This document shows, one piece after another, positions 36,351 through 50,222 of a stretch of 64,000 nucleotides of DNA. The position numbers and the translations under genes were made by a program. Location: assembly GCF_964355755.1 (NCBI RefSeq), contig NC_092679.1:2386201-2450200 (forward strand), in the 5' to 3' direction. The stretch's first letter is position 1, and each line of letters opens with the position of its first letter. Under the pieces are notes generated by a model that was not told where the DNA came from, did not search any database, and was given only the letters and a program-made list of their open reading frames with translations. Source of the stretch: Antedon mediterranea (taxonomy: Eukaryota; Animalia; Echinodermata).

Positions 36351-36764
36351 TTAGATATATTAAAAACAATGTGATCTCTATATTTAAAATAGGGCTTAAT
36401 AACACGGTAGTACAGAAGTAATTGAATTACACACGTTTCGTTTATAAAACATCCCAAGCGATAATAATAATAATGAGAGAAAATATTATATACCCTCAAA
36501 TTTTATTTTTCAAATTCTCCATTCTATAAAACAATGTTTATTACCGAGTATCAATTGAATTCATTTTTTATCACCCCATAGGGATTAAATTTGAATTAAT
36601 TTGACAACCTTCGGAATGATATGAACGCGCGATGTAGTATCACCTTCAAATAGGTGTGGATATGGCATAACACGGTCTAATTCCAGTTTGCAATCTATAG
36701 ATAGTAACAATTCTCAAAGCGAGTTATTCCAATTAACAAATTCAAAACTACTACTATACAATAA

Positions 36765-36948
36765 AGGGCAATTTACACAGACGAGCGGTAACGGTAATAA
36801 AAATATAGAATCTATGTTTATTCCTTCTGACCATTTACACACAACGCGGAGCAGACAGGCGGTTTCCTCTCAGGATAGATACATATTCTATGTGGGACAA
36901 GCTACGCGGTTTCCCGCTTACCGTTACCGCTCGTCTGTGTAAATTGAT
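36765..36948. mobile_element. MITE family G (PIF/Harbinger-like); other copies at about 39765-39927 (inverted) and 59625-59792
   Basis: TIR AGG(G/C)CAATTTACACAGACGAGCGGTAACGGTAA, TWA flanks, three related copies. Confidence 0.8.
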
Positions 36949-39900
36949 TGACCTTTAACACTGCTTGTGTCGTTATAACCGGACGAAAACACGAAACGAG
37001 TCTAAAACTGCGTACAATTCTATTTCGGGTCGTCGTCATCGTACGACGACGACAAACAATTATAAATGCAGAATTTTTGCGTCGTCGTTATTAATAAACG
37101 ACGGCAAAAAAAAAACACCGGACACAAGTTTCCTCCATGTCAAACGACAAAAAATGTCGGTGTTGGTTTGATGAACTTTCGCGCCTGACGTCATTTGCTC
37201 AGATATTAAAACCACGTGACATTGGATCATTAAAATGTAAGACATCACCTGCACACAATGTGTAACAATACTACTATAGATTAAACGTATGTGAAGAGGA
37301 TTCATATTTTAGTTTTAAGGTTCACACAAAGTTAACAAAATTATTTTGACATATTTTGTATAAATATGCATTATTTATCATAATTATTTATATTTATTAG
37401 ACCAAGAACTTATATCACAAAATTAAATACATTGAATTCCACTGGGTACTTTCGCATATTTTTGTTGGTAAGTTAATGGTTTCAAATATAAATGCCTGTT
37501 TCTTTAACTAGAAAACATGCTTATATTAGCCTATTTATGTTTTTAAAAAAACAGATATCAGTAATAAATAATAATTTACAACGTGAAAGACCATCACTCA
37601 CAACAGCCGCGGCTCTAATAGGAATTGATACACTTGCTGGCAATATTGACCAGACATTTACAAATGGAACTCACGAAACATAATTATACAAACATTACGT
37701 AATGATTATTAATGACTGCGTTAATAACGTCTCCGATTAACCAACGGCTTTAAATCGCAAGATTTTATCGATCGAGCTTGAGAAGAAATCGAGGTGAGAA
37801 TAAGAAATCTGATGACAAGGCCACGCGCACGTTCACCAACAGTATGGACGTATTTGCTTAGTTAAGTTAATTCTTTAGAAGGGACCGACAATTTTACGCG
37901 CGTGCCTCAATGTTAATGTTTTGTCTTTCATCATCAAGGCATGCGATCGAATTAATTTTTTAAAAGGGACCGACTATTCTACGCGCGCGTGAAATTCATG
38001 ATGGATAATGGCATAGTTTATGTACGCGCGCGCCTTAATGTAGAGTTTTTGTCTTTTATCATCAAGCACATCATCACACCAAACTATGCTACGATAAAAG
38101 AAAAATAACGTCGATTTGTCATAGTCAAAGAGAATCTTAATTAAGAAGTACAGTATCAACACTTAATATGAACTGCCATTTGAATACGTGAGAAAAGATG
38201 ACATGACCTCCGTTCACACTGTATAGTACAGGTACAGAATGAATAACACGAATCGATCTGGCTCGCAACATACGGAAGTGTCAGGATAATTACAGATCGT
38301 TCTGTATAATCCAAATCACGTGTGCCGTGTGAAAACGAACCTTGAGTCAGGGAAAAGAAATAGTTACATAATCATTCTTGTCATGGCTAATACAGTTGAC
38401 AATACATCAGTGGAAACCACAACGAACAATACATTAACGCGTGCGTACACAAAATGATGAGTATACGCAATTGTGTCGAGTGTCTGTTGTTGTTACCAGG
38501 GCACGATACGCGTGCCATACAAAATAGAGATTACGACAACGATTAAAAATGAACGTTGGCAACCCTGTTAGTCTATGCATTTTGTTCTCCATTTTGCTAA
38601 TCAGCGAAGCTTCCAAACACATGCTGACATAGCCCGTTATTTAAATAATAACATTGGTAATGAATAATGTTAAGAGTAATGTAAATTTGAGTGTTCTTTA
38701 GAAGTCTTCAGAATGACACTTAATCAAGGTGTAAGAAGCGAGAAGATTAAAATCAATTTATTGTAAACAATGACAGGCTAATTGGTAAATGTTCACTAAA
38801 ACGTTCGCTTTCTAATTAGGCCTAGTGAATATATCAGACAGGCGTCTGTCCGGTCATTTAGGAGGCCTTGTTAGGATATTGAGTGGTTTAGTCTAGTAGG
38901 CAATCGTTCATTCCGAAAGAAAGAAACTACATTAAGAAGAATTTGATTTAACGTAGCCTAGAGTAAAATACACAAATCATAAATTATATTATATCCTCGA
39001 ACAAGCGGAACGTTAACGCGCGCGTGCATAAGTACGGTACGATGTACCGTACTTATGCACGCGCGCGCGTTAATGTTTTTGGTGGAATAACGTGACGTCG
39101 ATGATGTTGTAATTGTAGCCTGTAGTGTAGTCTTATGATGTACATTTTAGGAGGAATCATACAGTCTAACATTTGTTCATTTGTAAAAAAACAAATTGAA
39201 AGCAATAATGGCCGCCAGCGGTGTAGACTAAACCTAGGCTTATATCAGTATTCTTGCGTATAAATAATAATAATCGCGACGACGGCTGGATGGGACGATT
39301 TTCCGGCGTTTGTGTTTGACGTCGCGGTGTTCTCAATACGTGAAAACTGCTCATGCGCACGTAAGCGCTTCAGGTTAAATGTAACATACTGTTTGGATGT
39401 GCGCAGTTTGTAATACTGATTAATCAATCAATTTAAGCCTTCTGTGAATGTTTGCGTAAACTGCGTTGGAAGTAATACGCCATACATTATGTACGCGAAT
39501 TGGTTAACTTCAAGACCCACAACCGGCGACAAGATTTAAAGTCTGCCTTAACAGCTTATGACGTCACATTCCAAGAACGAAGTCGATAATTCTTATATAA
39601 AGCAATAATCTTGTTGATAGCTGTAATACTTCTTAATGATAGTATAAAAGAACACTTTATCACCATTAAGTCGTCGTCGTCGTCCTAAGGTTAAGGTAAC
39701 TAATTATCCAATGTTATAAAGTGACTTCGATGCATCGCGTTGCGCTTGGCATTGTAAACGTTCAAACGAGTGGTAATGGTAAGCGAAAACCGCGTAGCTT
39801 GTTCCACGTAGAATCTGTTTCTATCCTGAGCGGAAACCGCCCATCCGCTCCGCGCGGTGTGTGTAAATGTTCATAAGGAATAACATAGATTATATTACCG

Positions 39901-40563
39901 TTATCGCTCGTCTGTGTAAATTGGCCTTTACGCGTCACCTAACCACTGGTCGACTTTTCGAAGATCCAGGTTGAGGGGGGGGGGGGGTGGCGGGTTTAAG
40001 GATTGGGTACCTACATTTTGGAAATTATATTTCAAAGGTTAGGACACTATGTTACCTATTTCAAAATCCAGTCATGCGTATTGTATCGTACAATTTTTGA
40101 AATATTCCTAAATTCACTGCACCCAAACAACATGGTATATATTCTTTAATTATTACTATTGTTTCCAAATTATTACTGTTGTTTCCAAATTATTACTTTT
40201 GTTCCTAAATTTTGATCAATGTTGGTCAATATTATGACTGAATAATATTTTAATTCAATAATTTTATGGTACGCCATCCGAAATGAAATTATCTATGAAA
40301 TGATTAATATTCGTAATCACGCTCACTGTGGTGTTTGTTTATGGTTGCTATGGAAAATAATAAAGGATGTGTGTTTTCATTCTTCTTCTTGGAAATTACA
40401 CAATGTCAAAACAAAATTAAGATTAGCATAGTTAAAAACATAACGTGTAAGACAGCCTTTAGGATACGTTTTCGAATTCGTATTCCACTAATATGGCGTG
40501 TAAAAAGTGGCATTAATCACTGTTGTAATGCAAATATGTTTATAGACGATTTTTTTTTTATAA

Positions 40564-40670
40564 AGCTCTGTCTACACTATCAAACTTTATGTGTCAAAAA
40601 AATGTGATGTGCCCATATATACCATGATGATGTCCTATCAACACCATATTTAGGTAGTGTAGACAGAGCT
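40564..40670. mobile_element. MITE family A, internally deleted
   Basis: AGCTCTGTCTACACTA...TAGTGTAGACAGAGCT, TAA/TTA flanks. Confidence 0.85.
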
Positions 40671-41702
40671 TTAGACACTTGATTATCATACAGAAAGACT
40701 CGGGTTCAATTCCTGATAGAACTCAGCTGTACTAGTCCCCCTACCACATAATACCGAAGGATACAGTAGGACAATTAGGCCTAACTCCTATACTAACAGC
40801 TCAATCCCCTACAATGTATGGAACGCCGTGTACGCAACATTTCGATGACGTGAATTTAATGACGCAATATGTGAATGAAATGTTTTGAATGAAATGCTTT
40901 GAGTGAAATGGCGTTCCATAGTTCAAAGTCATTTTCAATCAAATTATAATTTTTTAATATAATTAAATATTAATTAATTAATTTAATTAAATTAGAATTA
41001 ATAAAAAACTGTTTCTCATTTGGTTCTTAGAAAGTTTATTCAAAAAAAAAAAAAAAAAGACCAAATATAATCAATATCATAATGACAATATAAGTAAATT
41101 CTTAGTAATACGTTTTAGATGTTTATATTATTGTGTCTATTTGTGCATCTAGACGTTAAGAGTTCAAAATGTAGGTTTAATTGTTAAAGTTCATTTTATA
41201 AACATATGACATATATTAATAGAACTGATCGAATATTCATTAAAACACATGCAAATTTTATTATCTTTGAAATGTAGGCCTGAGTTGTGTGCAAAGCATT
41301 TCTAGAGTAAATAATGTAGGCCTAAGTGTTATAGTTCATCATAATGAACATTCGGCGTTATTGAGTACCTTATTCATTACAAACACATTAATATATGTTT
41401 TTGAATGTTAAGCATGCAACATTTATATTCATTATGAATGTAAGTTGTGTTATACGTGTTTACATTACATTTTCCATAGCAGTCACCAAGTTGTGGCTTT
41501 TAAAAGAAGCCAGCTTGGAGGCGTAGATTTTGAAGTGGAGACCACATTATAAGTCCAGAATTCAGTTAGTGCATTTACAGATATTAAACTTAAGTCCGTC
41601 CAATCTATACACCGAATTAATACGGCCTAAAATACTATACATTATTGTAGGTCATTGGCTGTAGTCTTCTTTTAGTCGTTTCTTCGGAAGCAAGGCTACT
41701 AA

Positions 41703-41935
41703 AGCTTGGTTTCCACTAGAACGTAACGCAAGGACGTAAACGCAACGCAGGCGTTTTAACCAATGACAAGCGAAGTTATAGACAGTTAGCAATCACAAGC
41801 GAATAAGCCATAAGCCTTGTCATTGGTTAAAACGCTTGCGTTGCGTTTGCGTCCTTGCGTTACGTTCTAGTGGGAACCAAGCTTAAATCGTGGTTCCCAC
41901 TAGCGACGCAACGCAAGTGAATTGACCAATCACAA
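41703..41935. mobile_element. Rearranged MITE family B composite
   Basis: Left arm, middle, inverted left arm, TAA, then inverted right arm. Confidence 0.8.
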
Positions 41936-42093
41936 CCGTTAATTCGGAATTCTGTTTATTCGGAATTCTGTTTAATATTCGGAACTCCGTTAATTCGAAA
42001 CTCCATTAATTTGGAATTCCGTTTATTCGTTTACCGGAATTTACGTTAATTTAGAACTCCGTTAATTCTGAATTTCGGTAATTCGGAATTCCG
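41936..42093 (+). repeat. About 15-bp tandem repeat, about 10 copies
   Basis: Unit close to CCGTTAATTCGGAATT. Confidence 0.85.
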
Positions 42094-42567
42094 GCATATG
42101 CTATAGTCATTTACCGAAATACTAGAATATCTAAATCTGAACATTCAAAAGGAAAAGATTGTATCGTTTATCAATCTCTTCAATTTAATGATTATTGAGA
42201 GAGTGATTCAAAATACATTGCTACGTATCAATAGTTTATAGTCAGCACATTGTAGCTTTGATAAACTGGCCAACATTTAAAACAATGAACATTAAGTGTA
42301 TGGATCTTATTTTGTGAAGTTAGTGAAGTAAATTGCATCACACATAAAGCAGATTAATAGTTATCACAGTATGTGAACCGTGTCAATTTGCAATTTTAAA
42401 ACGTGCTGGAATATTTTATTTCAATTATTGTTGAAAGTAATTACTTTCTCCAAGTTTAGTGATATGTTTATATATATTTAGTCTCGTATTTCAGGTGTGA
42501 CATCATCATTTAATCAGGCATCCCATATTGGTATAGAGATTGGAAACCGTGGTCCCCCACCCCCGTC

Positions 42568-42672
42568 GTCTTAGGCCTACCCCTACCATCTTAGTCTTAC
42601 CCTTCCCATCTAAGAAGACATACCCCTTCCATCTTAGGCCTACCCCTCCCATCTTAGGCCTACCCCTCCCAT
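42568..42672 (+). repeat. 20-bp tandem repeat, about 5 copies
   Basis: Unit CATCTTAGGCCTACCCCTCC. Confidence 0.8.
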
Positions 42673-43877
42673 ATTCCAAACCCTATAATAAAATGCCACA
42701 TGATGAATTCTCCAAGACAATACGTTATGCCTATACATAATTATCAAACACCAAACAAACGAACAGAAACATTTTCCACAATATCGATATTAAATTGGTA
42801 CGGTACTGTTTCTACCAAACTCGCGCGTACAAAAAATGGTACTCTTATTACAACATTTCAACGGGCGACAAACATAACAGATTATCTTTCATAATCTTGA
42901 AATCATTCCTATGTGTAAATGTAATTATCCGTGTTTTGTATGCATGCTTATATATTTATGAACCACCTAAAATGAGATGTTGATTGGGTTTGACCTTGTC
43001 AACTGTGTAGATAATTTTCTTATCGCTTTATAGACACATTATGTTGACATTGGTAATACTTAATTTGTAATAGGCATAAATAATTTTTCTATAATGAAAT
43101 AGACCTAAGAAATATTGTTTCACAATTTCAATATTAGTTTTACTTATCTATCAAATTGTAGGCCTACTTTAAAACTATGTTATGCCTTATCTGATTGAGA
43201 GGGTGTAGTTCTTTTTAAATCATAACGATTAAATATGTTTTATCATTTAAATCGATTTTGTTTGCGCCTAAAGTTCTTACCTTTAAATTGTAGCGATATA
43301 ATTCACTCTTATAGTTCACAGGTTTGTATTATCATTAATATTTCCCAACACTTTCTTACAAATCCGTCAGTTTTTATCCAAAAAATATGTATATAACATG
43401 TGTGAGGCTGGCCGTGTCCCTCGAAATAACCAACATTTGCAACCAGTATTCAGAATAAAACACAAATGACGGACATATTTTATGAGATTATGGTAGCTCC
43501 GGGATTTAATTAATTTCTTATTGGATTCGAAAATAGAGACAGGAAAATCAGTTTTTCTTAAAAATGATGTTTTAGAGGATAATTTCGCTTAGCAAATCCA
43601 ATTATGAGACTCGTGGGTAAACAGTCTAATATGAAAAGACACCAAAGAAAGAAGATTAGATGTTTGTTTCATCTGCGTTCTTTATAACATAAAAAAATAG
43701 ACAGGCCTAACAGAATCCTTCAAAAGAATTTATCATATTTTTTATAATTTGTCATAAAACTCCCGACAATCATGTCGTCACCAACTTCATGTCGAAATAA
43801 CAACAAAAGTCATGCATCATTGAATGTATGCAAGAAGGGCTTAATGCAATACTGTTAGTAGTGACACCACCGCGGAA

Positions 43878-44105
43878 ATTCAACGCGCGCGTATCAATGC
43901 GGTACTGTTACTATCAATGTTTCAACGCTCGCGTACCAATTCGGTACTGTTACTATCAATGTTTCAACGCGCGCGTACTAAAGCGGTACTGTTACTATCA
44001 ATGCTTCAACGCGCGCGTACTAAAAAGGTACTGTTACTATCAATGTTTCAACGCGCGCGTACATAAAATGGTACTTTTATTACAACGTTTCAACGCGCGA
44101 GTCAA
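43878..44105 (+). repeat. 42-bp CGCGCG-core minisatellite, about 5.5 copies
   Basis: Unit TTCAACGCGCGCGTACTAAAGCGGTACTGTTACTATCAATGT. Confidence 0.92.
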
Positions 44106-44934
44106 TGTATAAGTTTTATCTTTCATATTTAAAGTTTTAAAATAAATTAAATATCTTTATATTAAAACTGAAATTATTGTTATTTTGAATTCGATTTAAT
44201 AATAAAAACCTAAACGTATCAAAACAGTTAAAATACAATGTTATAAACTTATAGAATTGTTTACAATTTTCATTAATTAATTTATTCTCTAACGCGTAAA
44301 TTTAACCATTCGAAAATAGTATTCGTATTAATAATTAAATAATTCGTTCCACGAATTCCAGAATATTCCTTCTTTTTGCAAAATTATTCATTAATCACTT
44401 TTAGCAGTTTTAGTAATTTATTTTTTATCGACCTGATTTTGTTATAATAAATTATAATTTAACAACTCGTGCGACGAGTGATGTACACACTATACGCAAT
44501 TATTCACTCTGATAATATATATCAAAGTAAATTTCAATTGGATGAAAATTAATAGAAAGATGCACCAAAATGCACTCGTGTATATCAATAACAATTCTAT
44601 AATTGTTTTTCATTTTTATGCTTGAGGTGTGTCTGTATAATAATGTAATAAATCTGGAATCATTGTGAAGCATTAACTCCTCTATCTAACAATATCTATC
44701 TCTTCTATCGAAAATCAGAAATTAGGGCGATATCATGCACACATTTTCAGTTATAATAATAATAATAATAATGATACTATATTATTTGTCTTTCAATTCA
44801 ATTCAAGTAAACATTTATTTCTTTCAAAATGAGATTAGGCCTAACGATAAAAAATATTTCTTTCAATTTACAAATAAATTATGAGATTAAAACATTTAAA
44901 AGATTTAAAAGATTCTTGGTACTGTATCAATAAT

Positions 44935-45072
44935 CAGTATCATAGTCAAATTCTGTAATACAATGTCACATGTATCACATGTGACGCCTGTATCTTGGCG
45001 ATAAGCATAAACTAACTCTTATATTAACGGTGTCACATGTGAGGTGTATTACAGAATTGTTCTATGATACTG
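44935..45072. mobile_element. Hairpin MITE; related copies at about 28735-28860, 53930-53995 and 55845-55902
   Basis: CAGTATCATAG..AATTCTGTAATAC / GTATTACAGAATT..CTATGATACTG inverted arms with a tcacatgtga core. Confidence 0.65.
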
Positions 45073-45648
45073 TACAGATAATATGTGGAGATATAGCAAG
45101 GAGAATCGGGTGAAAATAAATACAATAATATTAATGTATAATACAATTGTGTATTTCTGCATAAACTGGAAACGCTCTGTTGGCGAAGCGTTGTAATGTC
45201 ATGTTAGCCTTTTTACGCTCTATGCACCACAAATGTTACCATTAGACAATGTATTACTTTCTTTCTATAATAAAACAAATCGTGTTTTCAGTGTGAAACC
45301 AAGCTTATGGATTATATCTAAATCCTGTGGGATTATCCGACTGATCAAGTCAGTACATTTAGAAGGGATTAAGGTTGACGTAATGTCGTTCTTCTGAACC
45401 TGAAGGGACTATACTGAGCCTAATAGATGGACATAGCGTAACAATCTTGTAATTTATATAGTGTATAACCCACAGCATAGCATTGTTATGAGACATATGA
45501 AAGTACTGTTGGTAAATCCGATCGGCTTTCGAAGACTTAGCAGCGAAAAGCAAGAGATTTTAAAACAGTAATTACTTTATCAAGTTTTCATCCGAATTGT
45601 AAAATTTATTTATAGATAAAGTAAGGAAGCTATTGAATGTATACTTCA

Positions 45649-45800
45649 AGCTCTATCTACACTATCAAACTAGTTTGACAAAATGTGATGTACCCAATTA
45701 TGGTACTGATATGGCCAAATAGGGTAGTGATATGACATCGTCATGTCCATATATGGGCACATAACATTTTTTGTCATAAAGTTTGATAGTGTAGACAGCT
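45649..45800. mobile_element. MITE family A
   Basis: Family consensus with a duplicated internal 20-bp unit. Confidence 0.85.
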
Positions 45801-45979
45801 TTATATAGTTTGCTTATTTTTAGTTAAATTACGTAATATATTAAAGACGACACGAGAGAAAAGATATTTGTCAACAACTGCCAACATCAATAACGTCAAC
45901 AATAATGACAATGATAAAATAAGAAATAAGGTTTAAATAAAATAGATTGTTTAATGGAGCGCTATTATAGTGAAATCAG

Positions 45980-46295
45980 GACAACGATACAGATAGCAAT
46001 CACGTTAACTCTGCCGATAGCAATTACGTTAACGATATCGATAGCAACCACGTTATCGATCCCGATGGTAATCACGTTAACGATACCGATAGCAATAACG
46101 TTAACGATACCAATCGCAATTAAAATACCGATAGTAATCACGTTAACGATACCAATCGCAATTACGTTACCGATATCAATCGCAATTACGTTCTCGACGT
46201 TATCGATACCGATAGTAATAACGTTAACGATTTCAATCGCAATTACGTTATCAATACGGATAGCGATCACGTTAGCCAATCGTAATCGTAATTAT
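45980..46295 (+). repeat. 24-bp minisatellite, about 13 copies
   Basis: Unit close to ATCGCAATTACGTTAACGATACCG. Confidence 0.9.
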
Positions 46296-46527
46296 TATAT
46301 TGCATTGGTTTGAAATTTTTTAAATTTTATTTATTTTTTTCAAATTGCAACAAGTACTGTATACAGTTTGATCAATAACCTTGTAATAGACGCATCATAA
46401 CTCCGTAAGAAAGAGGAACAATAGACTAAATTAAGTATACTTAACCAGTATATGTATGTAAATAAAAGAAAAATACTATTGATAAATCGTAGAAATTGGA
46501 GGTTCTATAAGATACTGACGACAGAAA

Positions 46528-46755
46528 TGAAATCGTGTTCGAGGCAACGATTATAAAATAAAGTGTAATCGCTCTATTTAAATCACGTCTACCGAAATGC
46601 CTGTTGGTTTAAAATGTGTTGGAGGCAACGATAGGAATAAAGTACCGTAGCCATTCGTTATATAATCACGTTTTGTAAAGACCGAACCGAAATCGTGTTG
46701 GTTTTTTTCCAGGCAGACGATAGCAATGAAGTGTATTTATTCGTTATAATCACGC
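46528..46755 (+). repeat. Degenerate tandem repeat of about 80 bp, 3 copies
   Basis: Recurring aaatcgtgtt..aggcaacgat..aataaagt..aatcacg. Confidence 0.65.
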
Positions 46756-49700
46756 GCCATAACCAATTAGCATCTTCACGACCTCCCTTCGGGAACCGTA
46801 TTCGTATTCGTCCGGGATTTAGTTTTAACTTCAACTTTCGCTACCGAGGCTTTTTGAGACGTCGTCCGTGGTAGCAAGTGACGTCAATGTGTTTCCATGG
46901 AAACGCAGTCAATAAGTAAACCTGATGGAAATCCAGCACAATTATTATTATTATCGAATGGAACTAGAAAGCAAATACATGTACGTTAGATCAATGTAAT
47001 TCATTACTTACTTTGTGAATGGTCCTGGTAAGGTATCATTATCAGACTCTGCTGAATCTAATAAATAATTATGTAATATTGCTCAACTGCCACTGCAGTG
47101 GCATTCCAGTATTTTCATCATCATCATCATCTACGTTTGTCATTTAAGACAGGTATAATGTAATTGAACTAATGATACAAATTCAACAATAAAGCTTTTA
47201 TTTTTTTCAGGTTGTACATACTGTAACGAAACTAATTATCGATGTTCGCGCTAAATGAATATCCAACATTTTCTAAAATGTTGTGGGGAGCCGTCTCTGT
47301 GTAGTGCGAATCGAAATCAAACTACAGTATCCAATGTCGTCGTAAAAGAAATATTAATATTAATATATAAAATAATATAGTACAATGTAGTAATTAAAGT
47401 ATCCGAATAATAATACATACTTTTAGGTAAACTAGCATGATATAATTTAATTTTACTCTTCAAGTCAGATGATTAATTATAAAACCACCTTAAATGGCCA
47501 AACAAAATTATCGTACGCGTGCGTATTATCAACATGTATACGCGCGCGTAGTCTTATTGTCAAAAAGCCGAGCTATTCTTAGAAACATCTTAGTTAATTA
47601 CGGAATCTATTTTTAGTAACACTCAAGATGTTGTCTGGTATTATACTAATAAAGATCGATGTTAAATTTGCTTGAGTGATCAAAGCGAATGGGGGTTCAA
47701 TAAAGACTGATTATTCCGTCGATATTCAGTGCAAAACTACTGTGATTATCATTTTACCATAATATTAAATCTCTTTCCACGTAAACGCAAACTCAGTGAG
47801 AACATGAGACTAAATTTAAAGTTTGGTAATGTTAGACTTCAAGGCCTATGGAATATGGAGTAAATAAAACATGAACACACAACTGATGCCCGTCCCATCG
47901 ATCTCTACTAGTAGTATACCATAGGCCTATACTTTTTTTTAATCGAGCGTTGCGTATCGCGCAGTAGTCATCGACAAAATCTGCTGTTCCTTCATTTTAC
48001 GAATACATTTTTTCATCAATGATTAATGTAGTTAAGTTTATCAAGAGAAATTTTATTCTAATTTTTGTTATTATTATTTTTTCAGCATTTAATTTTTTGT
48101 CAACGACTCCAGAATCATTAATTCTCTCTAACCAACCGTCCGTTACCATCAGCAAAATTGATTGTGTTCATATATCCCAAACGCCCCATTCGTGATGTTT
48201 GGCCTTGGCATTAAAAAACAATTTTATAATAATAAGTATTTTTGAATTACTTTGTCGAATGATTTGTAACGGTGAATTATTAAACAATAATGAAAGGACA
48301 CCGACAAACAGAAATATTGTATACACAAGACACACGCAATACTTGATGTAGATATCTTATGATGGTTGAGACGGTATCTCTTAATTAATTTCTGTTTTAT
48401 TTAATCTATGGTGAGGGATTATTAATATGTTAGAGTATAATCTCTTTATTGTCAACAACAAAAATAGTGATCAGATGATATTGCGATTTACATAATCTCT
48501 AAGACACAATCTTAAATCCTCTTTGCAAGTAAAATGTGATTATTAATGACATGATTTCGTGTTAGCTGCCTCATTCAAAGTTTGATTACAAACTTTGTGA
48601 GGTATAAACAAAATAATATAGGCCTGAATGCACAGTTCATCTCACAAAATAATCCTGGTTTTTTTTACCTGTAAAAATTTAACCAGAAAATTAACAGCTC
48701 GTATAACAGACCATGACTTTATGGATTTAAGGACAGAGTGTACGCGCGCGTACAACAAGTATTGATATCACCGTTTATACGCGCTCGTAAAATGTTACGT
48801 TATTTTGTAAATATTAATACCTGGTATAATAGATATTCAGATTTGACTTGACCATTGATCAGCTTAGTTTTGTAAAAAAAATAAAAAATTTTCAAATGAA
48901 ATCAGACATTGACATTATGATTGCCTTGCATTTTTTTAAACAAACATAACTCGATAAAATAGATATTTCACCGATGTGCATTTATAACGGCACTCCACCG
49001 GAAAGATGTAAACGTTTTGCATTAAAAATTATAATACTGAATCGATGTATGGAAATGTCTTCTGACATTGACTCACAACAGGACGGATGCTTTAGAATGC
49101 TATCTTGGTAGGCCCAAAGGATTTCATAGAAAGAAAAAGAACTGAAGCAAAATAAAATGTTACGTTTAGCTTTTAAGAAGTTCTATAGAATCATTATTTT
49201 TAGATCAATATTTTAAAATGCTAAGCAAATCCTGTAAAACTTTTTCTGTCAGTAAGATTTATAATTTTCTTTTTAGAGACACAAACAATTTCGAAAGATG
49301 TATACTAGATAATTATTCGTAAGAATAATTAATAAATGACAAATATATCTAGTTCGAGATGAAGACACGGTATATGTTAACTTTCATGAAGAAAAGGCAT
49401 ACAACCCATCTCTTTAAAATACAGTATTTTGAGACTTCTTGAAACAAAATTTACGGTACAATCTAGCATTCCATGAAAAATTGCAAAAAGTTTATTGAAT
49501 ATTTTTCAATAAAATAGTTTTTATTTTTCTTAATCATTTTGTAAATACACAAAAGGGGACCAAAATCGCACACCTACCTATAATAATAAATATATGCTCC
49601 CTCCTTAATTTGCAGTATGACTTAATAAAAAATGTTTCCCATACCAACTAAGACATTTACACGCATCAGTGTCATTGTTTATGAAAAGTGAGGAAATATG

Positions 49701-50029
49701 CCCAGTTTAAGTAAAGTTTTCCTGATATTTCATTTGACCCCAATGTTGTATCCATAGTTAACATAAGATACTAGTTTAACATTAGGGAAATGCAGTTCCA
49801 TTTTAGCAATAATGTATATTGAGTCGCCTTACACTTGGCATTTAATAGAGTGCCCTAGAATAAGGCGAACCTACTATCAGCAATGCAACGGAAGCTGTTC
49901 CTATTACTTAAGACTGTCTAACAATATTAAATTAACTCAACTTAAAATCATTAAAAAAAAATGATCTTATATGACCCTTAGCTTCAATGTCAATTTTGTC
50001 CAAAGATTAAATAGTGCTATGATTAATCA

Positions 50030-50222
50030 CAATTTTACGCGCGCGTTAATGTTTGAGTGATGTGATCATCAACCATTGCACGCGCGCGTTAATGCTTGAG
50101 TGATATGATTATCAACAATTGTACGCGCGCGTTAATGTTTGGGTGACATGATCATCCACAATTGTACACGCGCGTTAATGTTTGAGTGATATATATATCT
50201 ACAATTGCACGCGCGCGTTACT
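50030..50222 (+). repeat. 43-bp CGCGCG-core minisatellite, about 4.5 copies
   Basis: Unit CAATTGTACGCGCGCGTTAATGTTTGAGTGATATGATTATCAA. Confidence 0.9.

Noticed and set aside
39974-39995. Poly-G run as a G-quadruplex (also the C-rich run at 9-46)
   Set aside because: Simple homopolymer tracts with no supporting context.
45954-46313. ORFs with IAITLTIP repeats on both strands
   Set aside because: A 24-bp tandem repeat that happens to lack stops. The same applies to ORFs at 43828, 54695-55202 and 58679-58985.
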